Below are positions 9,255 through 18,723 of a stretch of DNA of 64,000 nt, in pieces. Below the pieces are notes generated by a model. It was not told the origin of the DNA, did not search any database, and saw nothing but the letters and a program-made list of their open reading frames with translations. The stretch spans positions 834 through 64,833 of the forward strand of contig JAHDWH010000004.1 of NCBI GenBank assembly GCA_023384455.1, in the 5' to 3' direction. Position numbers and translations under genes: made by a program. Every line of letters starts with the position of its first letter. The stretch's first letter is position 1. The DNA is from Caldilineaceae bacterium (GTDB lineage Bacteria > Chloroflexota > Anaerolineae > Caldilineales > Caldilineaceae).

Positions 9255-10256
9255 TTGCCCACTATCAAGGACGTTGCTAAGCGCGCTGGGGTCTCAGTAG
9301 CAACTGTTAGTCGGTGTTTGTCGGGAGGGTCTCACGTAGCGACGAAGACCAAAGAGAGGGTCTTACGCGCTGCGGCAGAATTGAATTATCGCCCAAATCA
9401 GATCGCTCGATCATTGCGTCGGCGACGTACGACAGTTATCGCTCTGATCATCTCCACCATCGAAAATGTATTCTTTACGGAAGTTGCCCACGCTTCCGAA
9501 CTGGCTGCCCGCGAAAGAGGATACAACCTCATCGTATGCAATACCAACGAAGACCCCGCGCTAGAGGCTACTTACCTCAAAATTCTCGATCAACAACTTA
9601 TCGCTGGGGTTGTGCTGGCTCCAGCGCCTGGTGATGCTCCCCATTTGACACCGTACATTGAGAACGGGCTGCCTGTTGTGCTGATCAACCGCCGATTGAA
9701 TTCGGTGAGTTGTTCGTCGATTGTGTCGGATGATCGAAATGCTGCCTATCAATGCGTCAGCGGTCTGCTTGCCAAAGGCCGCAAGCGTGTCGCCGCCATC
9801 ACCGGTTTGCCCAATATCTATACAACAAAGGAACGTCTGGCGGGTTATGAACAGGTATTGAGAGAAGCTGGACTGGAAATTGATCCAACGCTCCAAATCT
9901 GTGGATGGGCCGGCATGGAAGGTGGCTATGGAGCAACCTATCAGTTGATGAACAGTGCCAATCCCCCGGACTCGCTGTTTGCATTCAACAATGTGATGAC
10001 CCAGGGGGCTGTGATTGCTGTGCAGGAAATGGGTTTGCGCTGGCCCGAAGATATAGATATTTCTGGTTTTGGCGCCTTCAAGACATCCCATCTCTATCAG
10101 CCCCGCCTCACCCTCGTCCAACAACCAGCCCGTGAAATGGGGCGGAAATCAGTGGAACTTTTAGTCGAACAGATCGAAGACCCCACCCAGAATGCGCAGC
10201 AAATTGTGCTGAACAATCAAATTACGACAGAAGCCACGTCTTTCCTTGCGCCGTAA
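9255..10256 (+). CDS. LacI-family transcriptional regulator (TTG start)
   Basis: N-terminal HTH TIKDVAKRAGVSVATVSR plus a periplasmic-binding-fold C-terminus. Confidence 0.9.
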   Translation: MPTIKDVAKRAGVSVATVSRCLSGGSHVATKTKERVLRAAAELNYRPNQIARSLRRRRTTVIALIISTIENVFFTEVAHASELAARERGYNLIVCNTNEDPALEATYLKILDQQLIAGVVLAPAPGDAPHLTPYIENGLPVVLINRRLNSVSCSSIVSDDRNAAYQCVSGLLAKGRKRVAAITGLPNIYTTKERLAGYEQVLREAGLEIDPTLQICGWAGMEGGYGATYQLMNSANPPDSLFAFNNVMTQGAVIAVQEMGLRWPEDIDISGFGAFKTSHLYQPRLTLVQQPAREMGRKSVELLVEQIEDPTQNAQQIVLNNQITTEATSFLAP

Positions 10257-10348
10257 GACGCGGTATGTCTCCGGACAGCGGCTGTTTAAATCGCCTAGGC
10301 GCAGGTGTTGAAGCCCCACAAGTAGACCCACAAGAGAAGATAGATCAA

Positions 10349-11009
10349 ATGGCACAGTTCAATACCGATTTTACGCGTATGCCCGGTGACCTCCTGGCCG
10401 CCTTTGCCAGCCAGGAGACGGCCACCGTCTATGAAGCCAGCGACCGGATGGGGGCGATGTCTCATCGGATGCGTCCTATCGGTCCGGGCTTCAAACTGTG
10501 TGGCAGCGCGTTGACCGTGCGCTGCCAGGCGGCAGACAATCTGACGCTGCATGCGGCCATTGCCCTGGCCCAGCCCGGCGATGTGATTGTAGCCGATGTG
10601 GGCGAAGCGTTGGAGGCCGGGTATTGGGGCGAAGTGACGACTGTTGCCGCCCAGAGTAGAGGTGTTGGCGGGCTGGTGATCAATGGCGGTGTGCGCGATG
10701 TGGCCGCGATTAGGGCCAGAGGATTCCCAATTTTTTCTGCCAGCATTTCTATGAAAGCCACTGTTAAAGCCACGCCGGGCTTTATCAATTCTTTGTGGCG
10801 GCGTTTTGGTGCGTCCTGGTGATCTGGTGCTGGGCGACGACGACGGCGTTGTTGTGATTGCACAGGAGAAGGCCGCATCTGTGCTGGCCGGCGCACAAGC
10901 GCGTATGGAGAAAGAGGCCGAGGTAATGGATCGTCTGCAAAACGGCGAATTGACTTTGGACCTGCTAGGCTTCCGTGACATTCTGGCCGAACGCGGTATT
11001 CATCTCTGA
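10349..11009 (+). pseudogene. RraA-family protein (HMG/keto-deoxy-acid aldolase-like) interrupted by a frameshift near 10786-10800
   Basis: Frame 2 carries ..GGVRDVAAIRARGFPIF..ATPGFINS. Homology continues in frame 0 as LCGGVLVRPGDLVLGDDDGVVVI. This may be a sequencing error. Confidence 0.6.
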
Positions 11010-11087
11010 AGTCATTCTTTGTCAATTTAGTCACTATTTGTAAAGCGTCCCTTTTCAGAAGTTCGACTCCACGAAAGGAAGTAGATT

Positions 11088-12539
11088 ATGTCTGACAAGC
11101 TTTCTCGTCGCCAGTTTTTGCGCATTTCCGGTATGGGGCTGACAGTTGGTGTGTTGGCTGCTTGTGCCCCGGCAGCCGCCCCATCCGCAGCCCCATCGAG
11201 TGGCTCCCAAGCAGCACAGGAAGGAGGTGCAGCACCCTCTGTCGAGCCGATCGAACTCATCCATTGGGGGCGCAACCCAACAGAAGAAGACGTTGTGTGG
11301 AAAAAGATCGTCGCACTTTCGGCTGAGATGAATCCGAACATTACTATCACACTCCAGTCGCCGCCGGAGAGTATGGTCGAAAAACTCCTCATCGCCTTTG
11401 CTGGTGGCACGGCTCCGGACACAGCCGTTGGCGGGTTGTCCTCCTTCCGGGGTTGGATCGGTATCAATATGATTAACCCTATCCAGGACTATGTGGAAGG
11501 TGACGCGGATGTCAAATCCTGGCTGCCGGACTATGTGCCCGCTGCGCTTGCAGGTTACAGCCACCAGGGCAGTCTCTATGGGGTGCCAACTGTCAACGAA
11601 GGCATTTTCACTTGGTATCACAAAGACGCCATCGAAGAGGCGGGCCTGAAGCCCCCGGCGGAGATTCAGGATGACCCGGATCAATGGAACTGGAACACCT
11701 TCCTGGAATATGCCCAAGCGCTCAATATAGGCGAAGGCTTCCGGCGTGAACGTTTTGGCGCCATTGCCACATCCAAGCGGGGCATCAACAGCATCTCCGA
11801 GGCGTGGGGCAATCTTATGTATGCCAACGGGGGCCGCTATTTGGACGCGGATGGGGAAAATGTTGTGATTGACTCGCCCGAAGCCGCGGAGGCTGTGCAA
11901 TGGGTCTCCGATCTGACATTCAAACACGACGTCCAGCCCAATCCCAGCGAAATGGGTGCCGCGGACATTCTCGATCGGGCTATGTTCCAGAACGGTCAAT
12001 TGGGGATGGTTGTCCAGGGAGAATTCTTCCGTCGTTATTTGTGGGGTACTGGCAAACCGTCGGAAGGTATCCCCTTCAACTACGACTTTGCCCTGATGCC
12101 CTTCAACCCCAATACCGGACTACGGACGAATATCTATCACGGCAATGGCTCCTTTATGACGACCCAGACCGAAACCCCTGATGCTGCCTGGGACTGGCTG
12201 AAGGTCATCTTCACCAAAGAAGCGCAGGAGATCATCACAGCGAACTGGGGTTCCCGGGGTGCCCATACAGGAACGTATGGCGGCTTCCTGGAATCCAATG
12301 CGGGGGGTGGCCCGGATGGATTGAACTACGACGCATTCAATGTCGTTGATCAGGGAACGGACACCTACCCGACGACCATCTACCTTACAAAAGAGGCATT
12401 GATGGAGCCGGTTGTGCGTCTGATCTATGATAACATTTTCGCCGACACAATGTCTGCGGAAGAGGGATTGGCGCAGATTGCGGCAGAGGCGACAGTCTTA
12501 CTCGACCGGGGCCGCGAAGATCATCAGGCCCGCAAGTAG
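11088..12539 (+). CDS. ABC sugar-type transporter substrate-binding lipoprotein
   Basis: Tat/lipobox leader RRQFLRISGMGLTVGVLAAC, an AAGGAAG RBS, and family-1 SBP features. Confidence 0.85.
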   Translation: MSDKLSRRQFLRISGMGLTVGVLAACAPAAAPSAAPSSGSQAAQEGGAAPSVEPIELIHWGRNPTEEDVVWKKIVALSAEMNPNITITLQSPPESMVEKLLIAFAGGTAPDTAVGGLSSFRGWIGINMINPIQDYVEGDADVKSWLPDYVPAALAGYSHQGSLYGVPTVNEGIFTWYHKDAIEEAGLKPPAEIQDDPDQWNWNTFLEYAQALNIGEGFRRERFGAIATSKRGINSISEAWGNLMYANGGRYLDADGENVVIDSPEAAEAVQWVSDLTFKHDVQPNPSEMGAADILDRAMFQNGQLGMVVQGEFFRRYLWGTGKPSEGIPFNYDFALMPFNPNTGLRTNIYHGNGSFMTTQTETPDAAWDWLKVIFTKEAQEIITANWGSRGAHTGTYGGFLESNAGGGPDGLNYDAFNVVDQGTDTYPTTIYLTKEALMEPVVRLIYDNIFADTMSAEEGLAQIAAEATVLLDRGREDHQARK

Positions 12540-12582
12540 TAATCACAAGGCAGCGAATACTGCCTCTTGAAGGTTCTATAGA

Positions 12583-12618
12583 GTTCCCCTCTGGGTGCAA
12601 GATCACTCAGAGGGGAAC
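12583..12618 (+). terminator. Intra-operon stem-loop after the SBP gene (11-bp stem)
   Basis: gttcccctctg (12583-12593) pairs with cagaggggaac (12608-12618). Confidence 0.4.
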
Positions 12619-12651
12619 GAACCAAACAAACCTGTCTGAGGTACATTGGGG

Positions 12652-13626
12652 ATGAGCATTCAAGCTACAAGTTCACCGACAACAGCGCAAGAAGGACGGT
12701 ATCCTGCGCGGTCCGCAGAATCCTTGCGTAAACGTCGCCGCCGGGATATGATCCGCAATCTTGAAGGCTGGCTTTTCGCTTCGCCCTGGATTATCGGTCT
12801 TGTCACCTTTTTTCTGGGGCCAATGCTGGCGAGTATTTATCTCAGTCTGACTTCGTACAATATCGTCCAATCCGCTCGCTTTATCGGATTGCGAAATTAT
12901 ACGGATATGCTGAAGGATCCGCTGATCTGGCAGTCTCTCAAAATTACGACTATCTATGCGATTGCCAGTGTACCTCTCAGCCTTTTCCTCGGTCTGCTGC
13001 TTGCTATCCTGCTCAACCAAAAGGTCCGTGGCATTGCCTTCTGGCGGACTATCTACTATCTGCCGGCGATTATCTCCGGTGTGGCAGTCGCCCTCCTGTG
13101 GGAATGGCTTTTCAATGGCCGGTATGGGCTGGTGAACTATATGCTAGATCGAGTATTCGGCATTGAGGGGCCGAATTGGTTGGCTGATCCGCGTACAGCA
13201 ATCTGGTCCTTTGTCATCATCGCGATTTGGCAGGTGGGCGCTTCGATGTTGATCAATCTCGCCGCGCTACAGGGCGTGCCCACATCCCTCTACGAAGCGG
13301 CGGAAATCGACGGCGCCAATAGTTGGCGAAAATTCCTCAACGTAACCGTACCCCTCATCTCTCCCGTCATCTTTTTCAATCTGATTATGGGGATCATCTC
13401 TGCGCTCAAATCGTTCGATCTCTTCTTTATTATGACCGAGGGCGGGCCAAACAATACCACCTTGACTTACATGCTCTATTTGTACCGGCTCTCGTTTGAA
13501 AGTCTGCGTATGGGGTACGGCTCGGCCATGGCCTGGTTACTCTTTGTCTATCTCATTGTGCTGACTGCGATTGTGTTCAAGTCTTCCTCCAAATGGGTCT
13601 ACTACGAATCGACTGTCAAAAAATAG
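12652..13626 (+). CDS. ABC sugar transporter permease (MalF/UgpA-like)
   Basis: Polytopic with an EAA-type loop EAAEIDGANSWRKF. The ATG at 12652 is preferred over the track TTG at 12646. Confidence 0.85.
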   Translation: MSIQATSSPTTAQEGRYPARSAESLRKRRRRDMIRNLEGWLFASPWIIGLVTFFLGPMLASIYLSLTSYNIVQSARFIGLRNYTDMLKDPLIWQSLKITTIYAIASVPLSLFLGLLLAILLNQKVRGIAFWRTIYYLPAIISGVAVALLWEWLFNGRYGLVNYMLDRVFGIEGPNWLADPRTAIWSFVIIAIWQVGASMLINLAALQGVPTSLYEAAEIDGANSWRKFLNVTVPLISPVIFFNLIMGIISALKSFDLFFIMTEGGPNNTTLTYMLYLYRLSFESLRMGYGSAMAWLLFVYLIVLTAIVFKSSSKWVYYESTVKK

Positions 13627-13660
13627 CCCCGGTTCAACCATCTACAGAGAGAAACCTATC

Positions 13661-14557
13661 GTGAGAGCAACTTCTTCTTCTGCGACTCTACGCAAAACAG
13701 TCAATCATCTCAGCCAGCGAACCATTGTTTATCTCGCTCTGTTTGTGGGTGCCGTTCTTGTGGCGCTACCTTTTTTCTGGCTGGTCCGTTCCTCGCTGAT
13801 GGTAGAGGGAGATCATTTTGTCTGGCCGCCGATCATCTGGCCGACAAATGTTGTCTGGCGAAACTACGTCGATATCTTCCAAATATCCTATATTCCGTTG
13901 CCCACATTTTTCTGGAATTCTATCGTTCTTGTTACAGCAGCCACTGTCGGCGAGCTGATTGCCACATCTTTGGTTGCCTTCTCTTTTGGACGGCTTCAAT
14001 GGAAGGGACGGGACCTCCTATTTGCCGTCCTCGTGGCGACGCTCTTTCTGCCATCGCAAGTGACGATTATTCCTCTCTTCTTGCTCTTCCGCCAACTCGA
14101 CTGGATCGACACACTGCTGCCGCTTATCATTCCGTCCTGGTTTGGGCATGCGTTCTTCATTTTTCTGATGCGCCAATTCATCACGTCGATTCCTTTCGAA
14201 TTGGACGATGCCGCCAGAATCGATGGCTGCAACACCTATCGAATTTTCTGGAATATTATTCTCCCGCTTGCCAAGCCCGGTCTGGCAACCATCGCCATCT
14301 TTTCTTTTCAAAACAAGTGGAATCAGTTCTTCGAGCCGCTTATCTACATCAGCAGCAAAGAAAAGATGCCTCTTGCCGTAGGCGTGCGCAGTTTTCAAAG
14401 TGCGTTGTCCCTGCCCGGTGGCACCACTACGTATAATGTAAGCTGGAGCCATCTGATGGCGGCGACAATCGTGATGGTGCTGCCCATTATCATCGTTTTT
14501 TTCTTCGCCCAACGGATTTTCATCCAGGGCATTGTCATCTCAGGCGTCAAGGGTTAA
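13661..14557 (+). CDS. ABC sugar transporter permease (MalG/UgpE-like)
   Basis: EAA loop DDAARIDGCNTYRIF. The start was trimmed to the GTG at 13661 to avoid overlapping the upstream gene. Confidence 0.8.
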   Translation: MRATSSSATLRKTVNHLSQRTIVYLALFVGAVLVALPFFWLVRSSLMVEGDHFVWPPIIWPTNVVWRNYVDIFQISYIPLPTFFWNSIVLVTAATVGELIATSLVAFSFGRLQWKGRDLLFAVLVATLFLPSQVTIIPLFLLFRQLDWIDTLLPLIIPSWFGHAFFIFLMRQFITSIPFELDDAARIDGCNTYRIFWNIILPLAKPGLATIAIFSFQNKWNQFFEPLIYISSKEKMPLAVGVRSFQSALSLPGGTTTYNVSWSHLMAATIVMVLPIIIVFFFAQRIFIQGIVISGVKG

Positions 14558-14637
14558 GTGCAACCAGACCCCGCTCTGTTTGCTGAAAACAGTCGGTTCT
14601 TTGGGAGCACAGGGAGCCGGGAAGTAATCATTGGGAT

Positions 14638-14692
14638 CAGCGTCGATTGAGTAGGCTGGTGCTGTTTCCAGCCGTATCGAAATCAGCGGGTT
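14638..14692 (+). repeat. Repeat family 3, solitary unit
   Basis: cagcgtcgattgagtaggctggtgctgtttccagccgtatcgaaatcagcgggtt aligns with 6474-6530. The inner stem shows a compensatory change (ggcggg/cccgcc versus ggctgg/ccagcc). Confidence 0.65.
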
Positions 14693-14925
14693 ACCCCCTG
14701 AATTCCTGTTGAGCCAAACAGTCATCATCTGCCTATCCCTGCGTTAAGTCTGTCGCGAAAAAGCTTGAAACACTAAATCGGTACAGTCAACCCCAACGAA
14801 CACAGTCCACATATAGGGCCTGCATTTCTGGCTTGAGCAATAACCGATTACTCCAGCTTTCAAATCAGGCCACGCGACCGGTAGACACCAAATAACGACG
14901 AAAATAGGAACGCCATCATTTGTAA

Positions 14926-14989
14926 CCCGAACTGTTAGTTCGGGCTGGGCTGGCGCAAGCTAACAGCTTGCGTTACAGGGCTATTTTCA
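14926..14989 (+). promoter_or_regulatory. Twin stem-loops with complementary loops (TGTTA / TAACA), followed by a GGCTATTTTCA box
   Basis: cccgaacTGTTAgttcggg (14926-14944), cgcaagcTAACAgcttgcg (14954-14972) and the box at 14979-14989, 35 nt before the GTG at 15024. Confidence 0.45.
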
Positions 14990-15023
14990 AATCAGCACAC
15001 AATCGAACCAGAGGGAGAGATCC

Positions 15024-16244
15024 GTGGACGCACAATTCCAAATTCTGAGCGAGACTGAACAGGGACGGCAGAAGATCCGTGACATTAAAGTGATGGTCCT
15101 GCAAGGACCGCGCACTTACACACTGGTGAAAGTCATCGCCGAAGACGGCCTCTACGGGATCGGCGAGGCGTACGGCAGTCCCGGTGTCGGGATGAAGGAG
15201 CAGATCGAAGCGATCAAGCCGGCCCTCATTGGACGGGATCCGCTGGCGATCGATGTGCTCTACACTCTGATGGGTCAAAAGCCGAATCCAGGAACCGGCT
15301 GGGCGGGTGCCAGCCGTACGGATGGCTCGGCCCATGCCCTGATGCGGGCCGCCAGCGGAATCGAAATGGCGCTGTGGGACCTGGCGGGGAAAATTCTGGG
15401 CGTTTCGTCGACTGTGCTGCTGGGCGGGAAGTTTCGCGACAAAGTGCGGGTCTATAATCACGCGCACCCCAGAGACATTCTCGACAGAGCTTCGTGTGCG
15501 GAATGGGCGCAGCAGGTCAAGGAAGACCCGGCCGGCTTCACCTGCCATAAGTTCGGCTTTCCACACACAACACCCGATACCGATGCAGGACGTGATCTCG
15601 CCAATCGGGTGCTGACGGTGCGCGAGTTGCGGCAGATCGAGGAAGGCTTTGCCAACTGCCGCGAGGCACTCGGTTGGGACCACGACATTATGGTTCACTG
15701 TCATTGGGAATACGATGTACGCACCGCGATCCAGATCGCGGAGGCGGTAGCGCCAATCAAGCCACTGTGGCTCGAAGACGCGATGATCGTGAACTATTCG
15801 GAGAGTTGGAAACGGCTGACCGCAAGCTCGTCGGTCCCAATCTGCACGGGTGAGAACCTGTGGCGGCGGCAGGAGTTCGCCGACTTCATCGTTCATCAGG
15901 GATGCGACATCCTCCACCCAGACCTGCGCAACAGCGGCGGTTTCCTGGAGAACAAACGGATCGCTGACATGGCGGAGGTGTGGGGAGTGCCGATGGCGAC
16001 GCACAACACCGGCAGTCAGCTCAACACCTGGGCAACGTGCCAGTGGGCAGGGTCCATTCGCGACTTCATCGCGTGTGAAACGGTCACTGGAAAAGGCGGC
16101 TGGATGGACGAGTTGTTGATTCTCGACGGGCCTTACGTCGAAAATGGGTATCTGAGAATCACGGAGAAACCGGGCTTGGGTGTCGATCTCAATCCTGATG
16201 TGGCCCAGGCTCACCTGGCGGATGGCGAGACTTGGTGGGGTTGA
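15024..16244 (+). CDS. Enolase-superfamily (mandelate racemase/muconate lactonising enzyme) sugar-acid dehydratase
   Basis: GIGEAYG N-terminal capping region, barrel-domain pattern and a GGGAGAG RBS. Confidence 0.8.
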   Translation: MDAQFQILSETEQGRQKIRDIKVMVLQGPRTYTLVKVIAEDGLYGIGEAYGSPGVGMKEQIEAIKPALIGRDPLAIDVLYTLMGQKPNPGTGWAGASRTDGSAHALMRAASGIEMALWDLAGKILGVSSTVLLGGKFRDKVRVYNHAHPRDILDRASCAEWAQQVKEDPAGFTCHKFGFPHTTPDTDAGRDLANRVLTVRELRQIEEGFANCREALGWDHDIMVHCHWEYDVRTAIQIAEAVAPIKPLWLEDAMIVNYSESWKRLTASSSVPICTGENLWRRQEFADFIVHQGCDILHPDLRNSGGFLENKRIADMAEVWGVPMATHNTGSQLNTWATCQWAGSIRDFIACETVTGKGGWMDELLILDGPYVENGYLRITEKPGLGVDLNPDVAQAHLADGETWWG

Positions 16245-16366
16245 TGACGCAGGCTTTTGCGACTCCACGCACACACCTGAAACATACGCTGGCAGGGCTG
16301 GATCACTCGGAGGCGTCTACCGACTGTTGCCAGTTGTGAAATGACCCACACGAAAGAAATCGACGA

Positions 16367-17338
16367 TTGAATACCATCGAATTTGCCAATACAGGTACAC
16401 CGGTTTCTGAACTCTGTTTGGGAACAATGATGTTCGGTGATCGCTGCGACGAAGCCGAATCGGACCGCATTTTGGGCGCCGCTATGGAGCAGGGCGTTAC
16501 TTTTATCGACACAGCAGCCAGCTATTGCAACGGCACGACCGAAGAAATCCTCGGCAAAATTATGCAAGGCCGACGTGACAAACTCTTTGTGGGCACAAAG
16601 ATCTCCAAGAGTCCCGACGCGGCCTGGATTCACGAATGTTTGGACGAAAGTCTGGCCCGGCTACAAACGGAGTATGTGGACCTATTGATGATCCACTGGC
16701 CCAAGCCCCAAATGAATATCTTTGCGATGATGGAAGCATTGAATTCGGTAGCAGAGCAGGGGAAGGTTCGCTATGTGGGCTGTTGCAATTTCCCGGCCTG
16801 GCTGTTGGCCCACTGCAATTCCGTGGCCCAGGCCAATGGTTGGGCCAAACTGCGCTGCAATCAGATTCCCTACAATCTGGTCGAGCGGGGGGTGGAAGTG
16901 GAGGTGCTGCCCCAGGCAATGGCCGAGAAGATCGCCATCACCGTTTACCGGCCCCTGCTGATGGGCGTGCTGGCCGGCAAATATACCCCAGGCGCGCCTC
17001 TGCCTGTGGATTCGCGGGGCTATAACGACAAGCGCGTCGTCGACTGGCTGGAACGCTTTGGGGACTCGCTCAACGCATTCGCTCGTTTTGCCGCGGATCG
17101 CAATCTGCATCCGGCCCAACTGGCCGTGGCCTGGGTTCGCAAATCACCGGGCGTCTCCCATCCGATCTCCGGTGTCAGCTCCCTGCGCCAGTTGCAGGCG
17201 TCCATCGATGCGATCGGGGTTGAACTGACCGATGCTGAATATGCCGAACTGACCGGATTCTTTGACACCGCGGTCAAGGAAGAATCGGGTGGCAGCTTTG
17301 TCGGTCTGCGACGGGCGACCGATCTGGTGGCAGCGTAG
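16367..17338 (+). CDS. Aldo/keto reductase
   Basis: LGTMMFG, FIDTAASY and the typical AKR layout. The TTG start is uncertain. Confidence 0.8.
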   Translation: MNTIEFANTGTPVSELCLGTMMFGDRCDEAESDRILGAAMEQGVTFIDTAASYCNGTTEEILGKIMQGRRDKLFVGTKISKSPDAAWIHECLDESLARLQTEYVDLLMIHWPKPQMNIFAMMEALNSVAEQGKVRYVGCCNFPAWLLAHCNSVAQANGWAKLRCNQIPYNLVERGVEVEVLPQAMAEKIAITVYRPLLMGVLAGKYTPGAPLPVDSRGYNDKRVVDWLERFGDSLNAFARFAADRNLHPAQLAVAWVRKSPGVSHPISGVSSLRQLQASIDAIGVELTDAEYAELTGFFDTAVKEESGGSFVGLRRATDLVAA

Positions 17339-17424
17339 GCGAAAATGGCTGATCATCGCCGCGTATTGGGTTCTCATCGCTTACGATGTCGGACATTCGA
17401 CGATCCCCAGCGGCGAGAACCCAA

Positions 17425-17521
17425 GTAACTGTTCAGCCACCCCACCCTACCCCTCCCCATTCCAGGGAGGGAAGTGGATCGACTCCTCCCCCACGGTGGG
17501 GGCGGGGGGGTGAGCAGTTAC
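17425..17521 (+). mobile_element. MITE family 1, copy A (about 97 bp, TA-flanked)
   Basis: Termini ACTGTTCAGCC and GGTGAGCAGT form inverted repeats. The C-rich and G-rich halves are self-complementary. Confidence 0.7.
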
Positions 17522-17921
17522 CTTTGAATTTGGCTGTGCGCAGCCCGCGCATCCAGCCCGTGCCCGGCATCGTCTGGCTGCTCCTGGGCATATGAAAACT
17601 ATCCGTACTCACCATAAAGGGGTCGTCTGCCGGCACTTCTGTCAGTGCCTCGCCCAGCATAACCGCACCTGTCTTCTCTTCATCAAACCGGCCTTCGCTG
17701 AATATCCGGTACCAGGCGCTCCAATCTTCATCTACCAGACCCAGCGTTAGCAACAGTTGGGTGATCGTATGTCTTCCAAAGGCAAATAGCTCTGCCATTA
17801 TCAGGGCAAGTACCCGGTTGAATACCCATTTCTGCCCATATACCGCTTCACATTTTGCCACCAAGCCCATTAACTCTGTCAGCAGAACTGGCTTTTCTTG
17901 GATCTTTTGGCTATCGTTCAT
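17522..17921 (-). pseudogene. N-terminal fragment (about 133 aa) of a DDE-type transposase, truncated at MITE copy A
   Basis: RHTITQLLLTLGL.DEDWSAWYRIFSEGRFDEE..GTGWMRGLRTAKFKG resembles transposases common in cyanobacteria and Chloroflexi. Homology stops at the MITE junction. Confidence 0.5.
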
Positions 17922-18032
17922 CTGGGATGACCTTTTTTCTATACCTATTTGCAACATCCAAACCTTACACATACTGTTCTACACCAAAATCGTCCCTCTT
18001 TCTACCCCCCTCGCCAAGAAGCCAAACTTAAG

Positions 18033-18087
18033 GACTGGATCGACTCCTCCCTAAGGTGGGGGAGGTTGGGAGAAGGTGAGCAGTTAC
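18033..18087 (+). mobile_element. MITE family 1, partial copy B (3' half)
   Basis: gactggatcgactcctccc..gggggaggttgggagaaggtgagcagttac matches the 3' halves of copies A and C. Confidence 0.6.
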
Positions 18088-18671
18088 CGCAGAGGAGAGA
18101 CTGCCCCCGCGCCCAGACGGCAGACGTGGCAGGTGGGTGGTTGCCAGTGATCCGCCACTGCCACGCCACAGGTGATACACGCGGTCACCTGGCCCGCGGC
18201 CAAATGCTCGGCCTGGGGTGAATGTAACTTTTCAACCAACAGATTGTCGTCAAATGCAATAGCATCCTCCGGGCAGGCCACCTGGTAAATGGTGCAGTCG
18301 ATGCAGAGCCGCGTCTGAAAGTCGAGAGCGTAGGCAGGATTGTTGCCAGCGCGCAAAAACCCCACGCCTGGCCCGTCGAAGTATAGCACGTCTGTGGGGC
18401 AGACGCGGGCGCACAGTCCGCAGGCAGAACAGACGTCGGTATCAACAAGCACAGACGCAAAGGGGAAAGCGGCCAGGGCGGATAGGCGGGCCAACAGTTC
18501 CTTGCGGCTGTGGGGCAGACGCCGGGGCAAGCGCTGGTCCACAGCTACCGCGGGCCGCAACATCGGCGGTGCTTCCTCCTCCAACGCACGCTCCATCCGC
18601 TCCTTCCCCATCTGACCCAGCGCGCCAAAGAAACCCCGGCGGGAGAGTTGGGGCTTCTTCCCATCCAGCAC
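18084..18671 (-). CDS. 4Fe-4S dicluster ferredoxin-domain protein
   Basis: CSACGLCARVCP and CIDCTIYQVACP motifs. The stop codon lies inside the MITE terminus. Confidence 0.65.
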   Translation of the reverse strand: MLDGKKPQLSRRGFFGALGQMGKERMERALEEEAPPMLRPAVAVDQRLPRRLPHSRKELLARLSALAAFPFASVLVDTDVCSACGLCARVCPTDVLYFDGPGVGFLRAGNNPAYALDFQTRLCIDCTIYQVACPEDAIAFDDNLLVEKLHSPQAEHLAAGQVTACITCGVAVADHWQPPTCHVCRLGAGAVSPLR

Positions 18672-18723
18672 AGGCCGGTCTTTTTGATTGAGGATATCTT
18701 CACCGATATTCTGTCAGACACGG

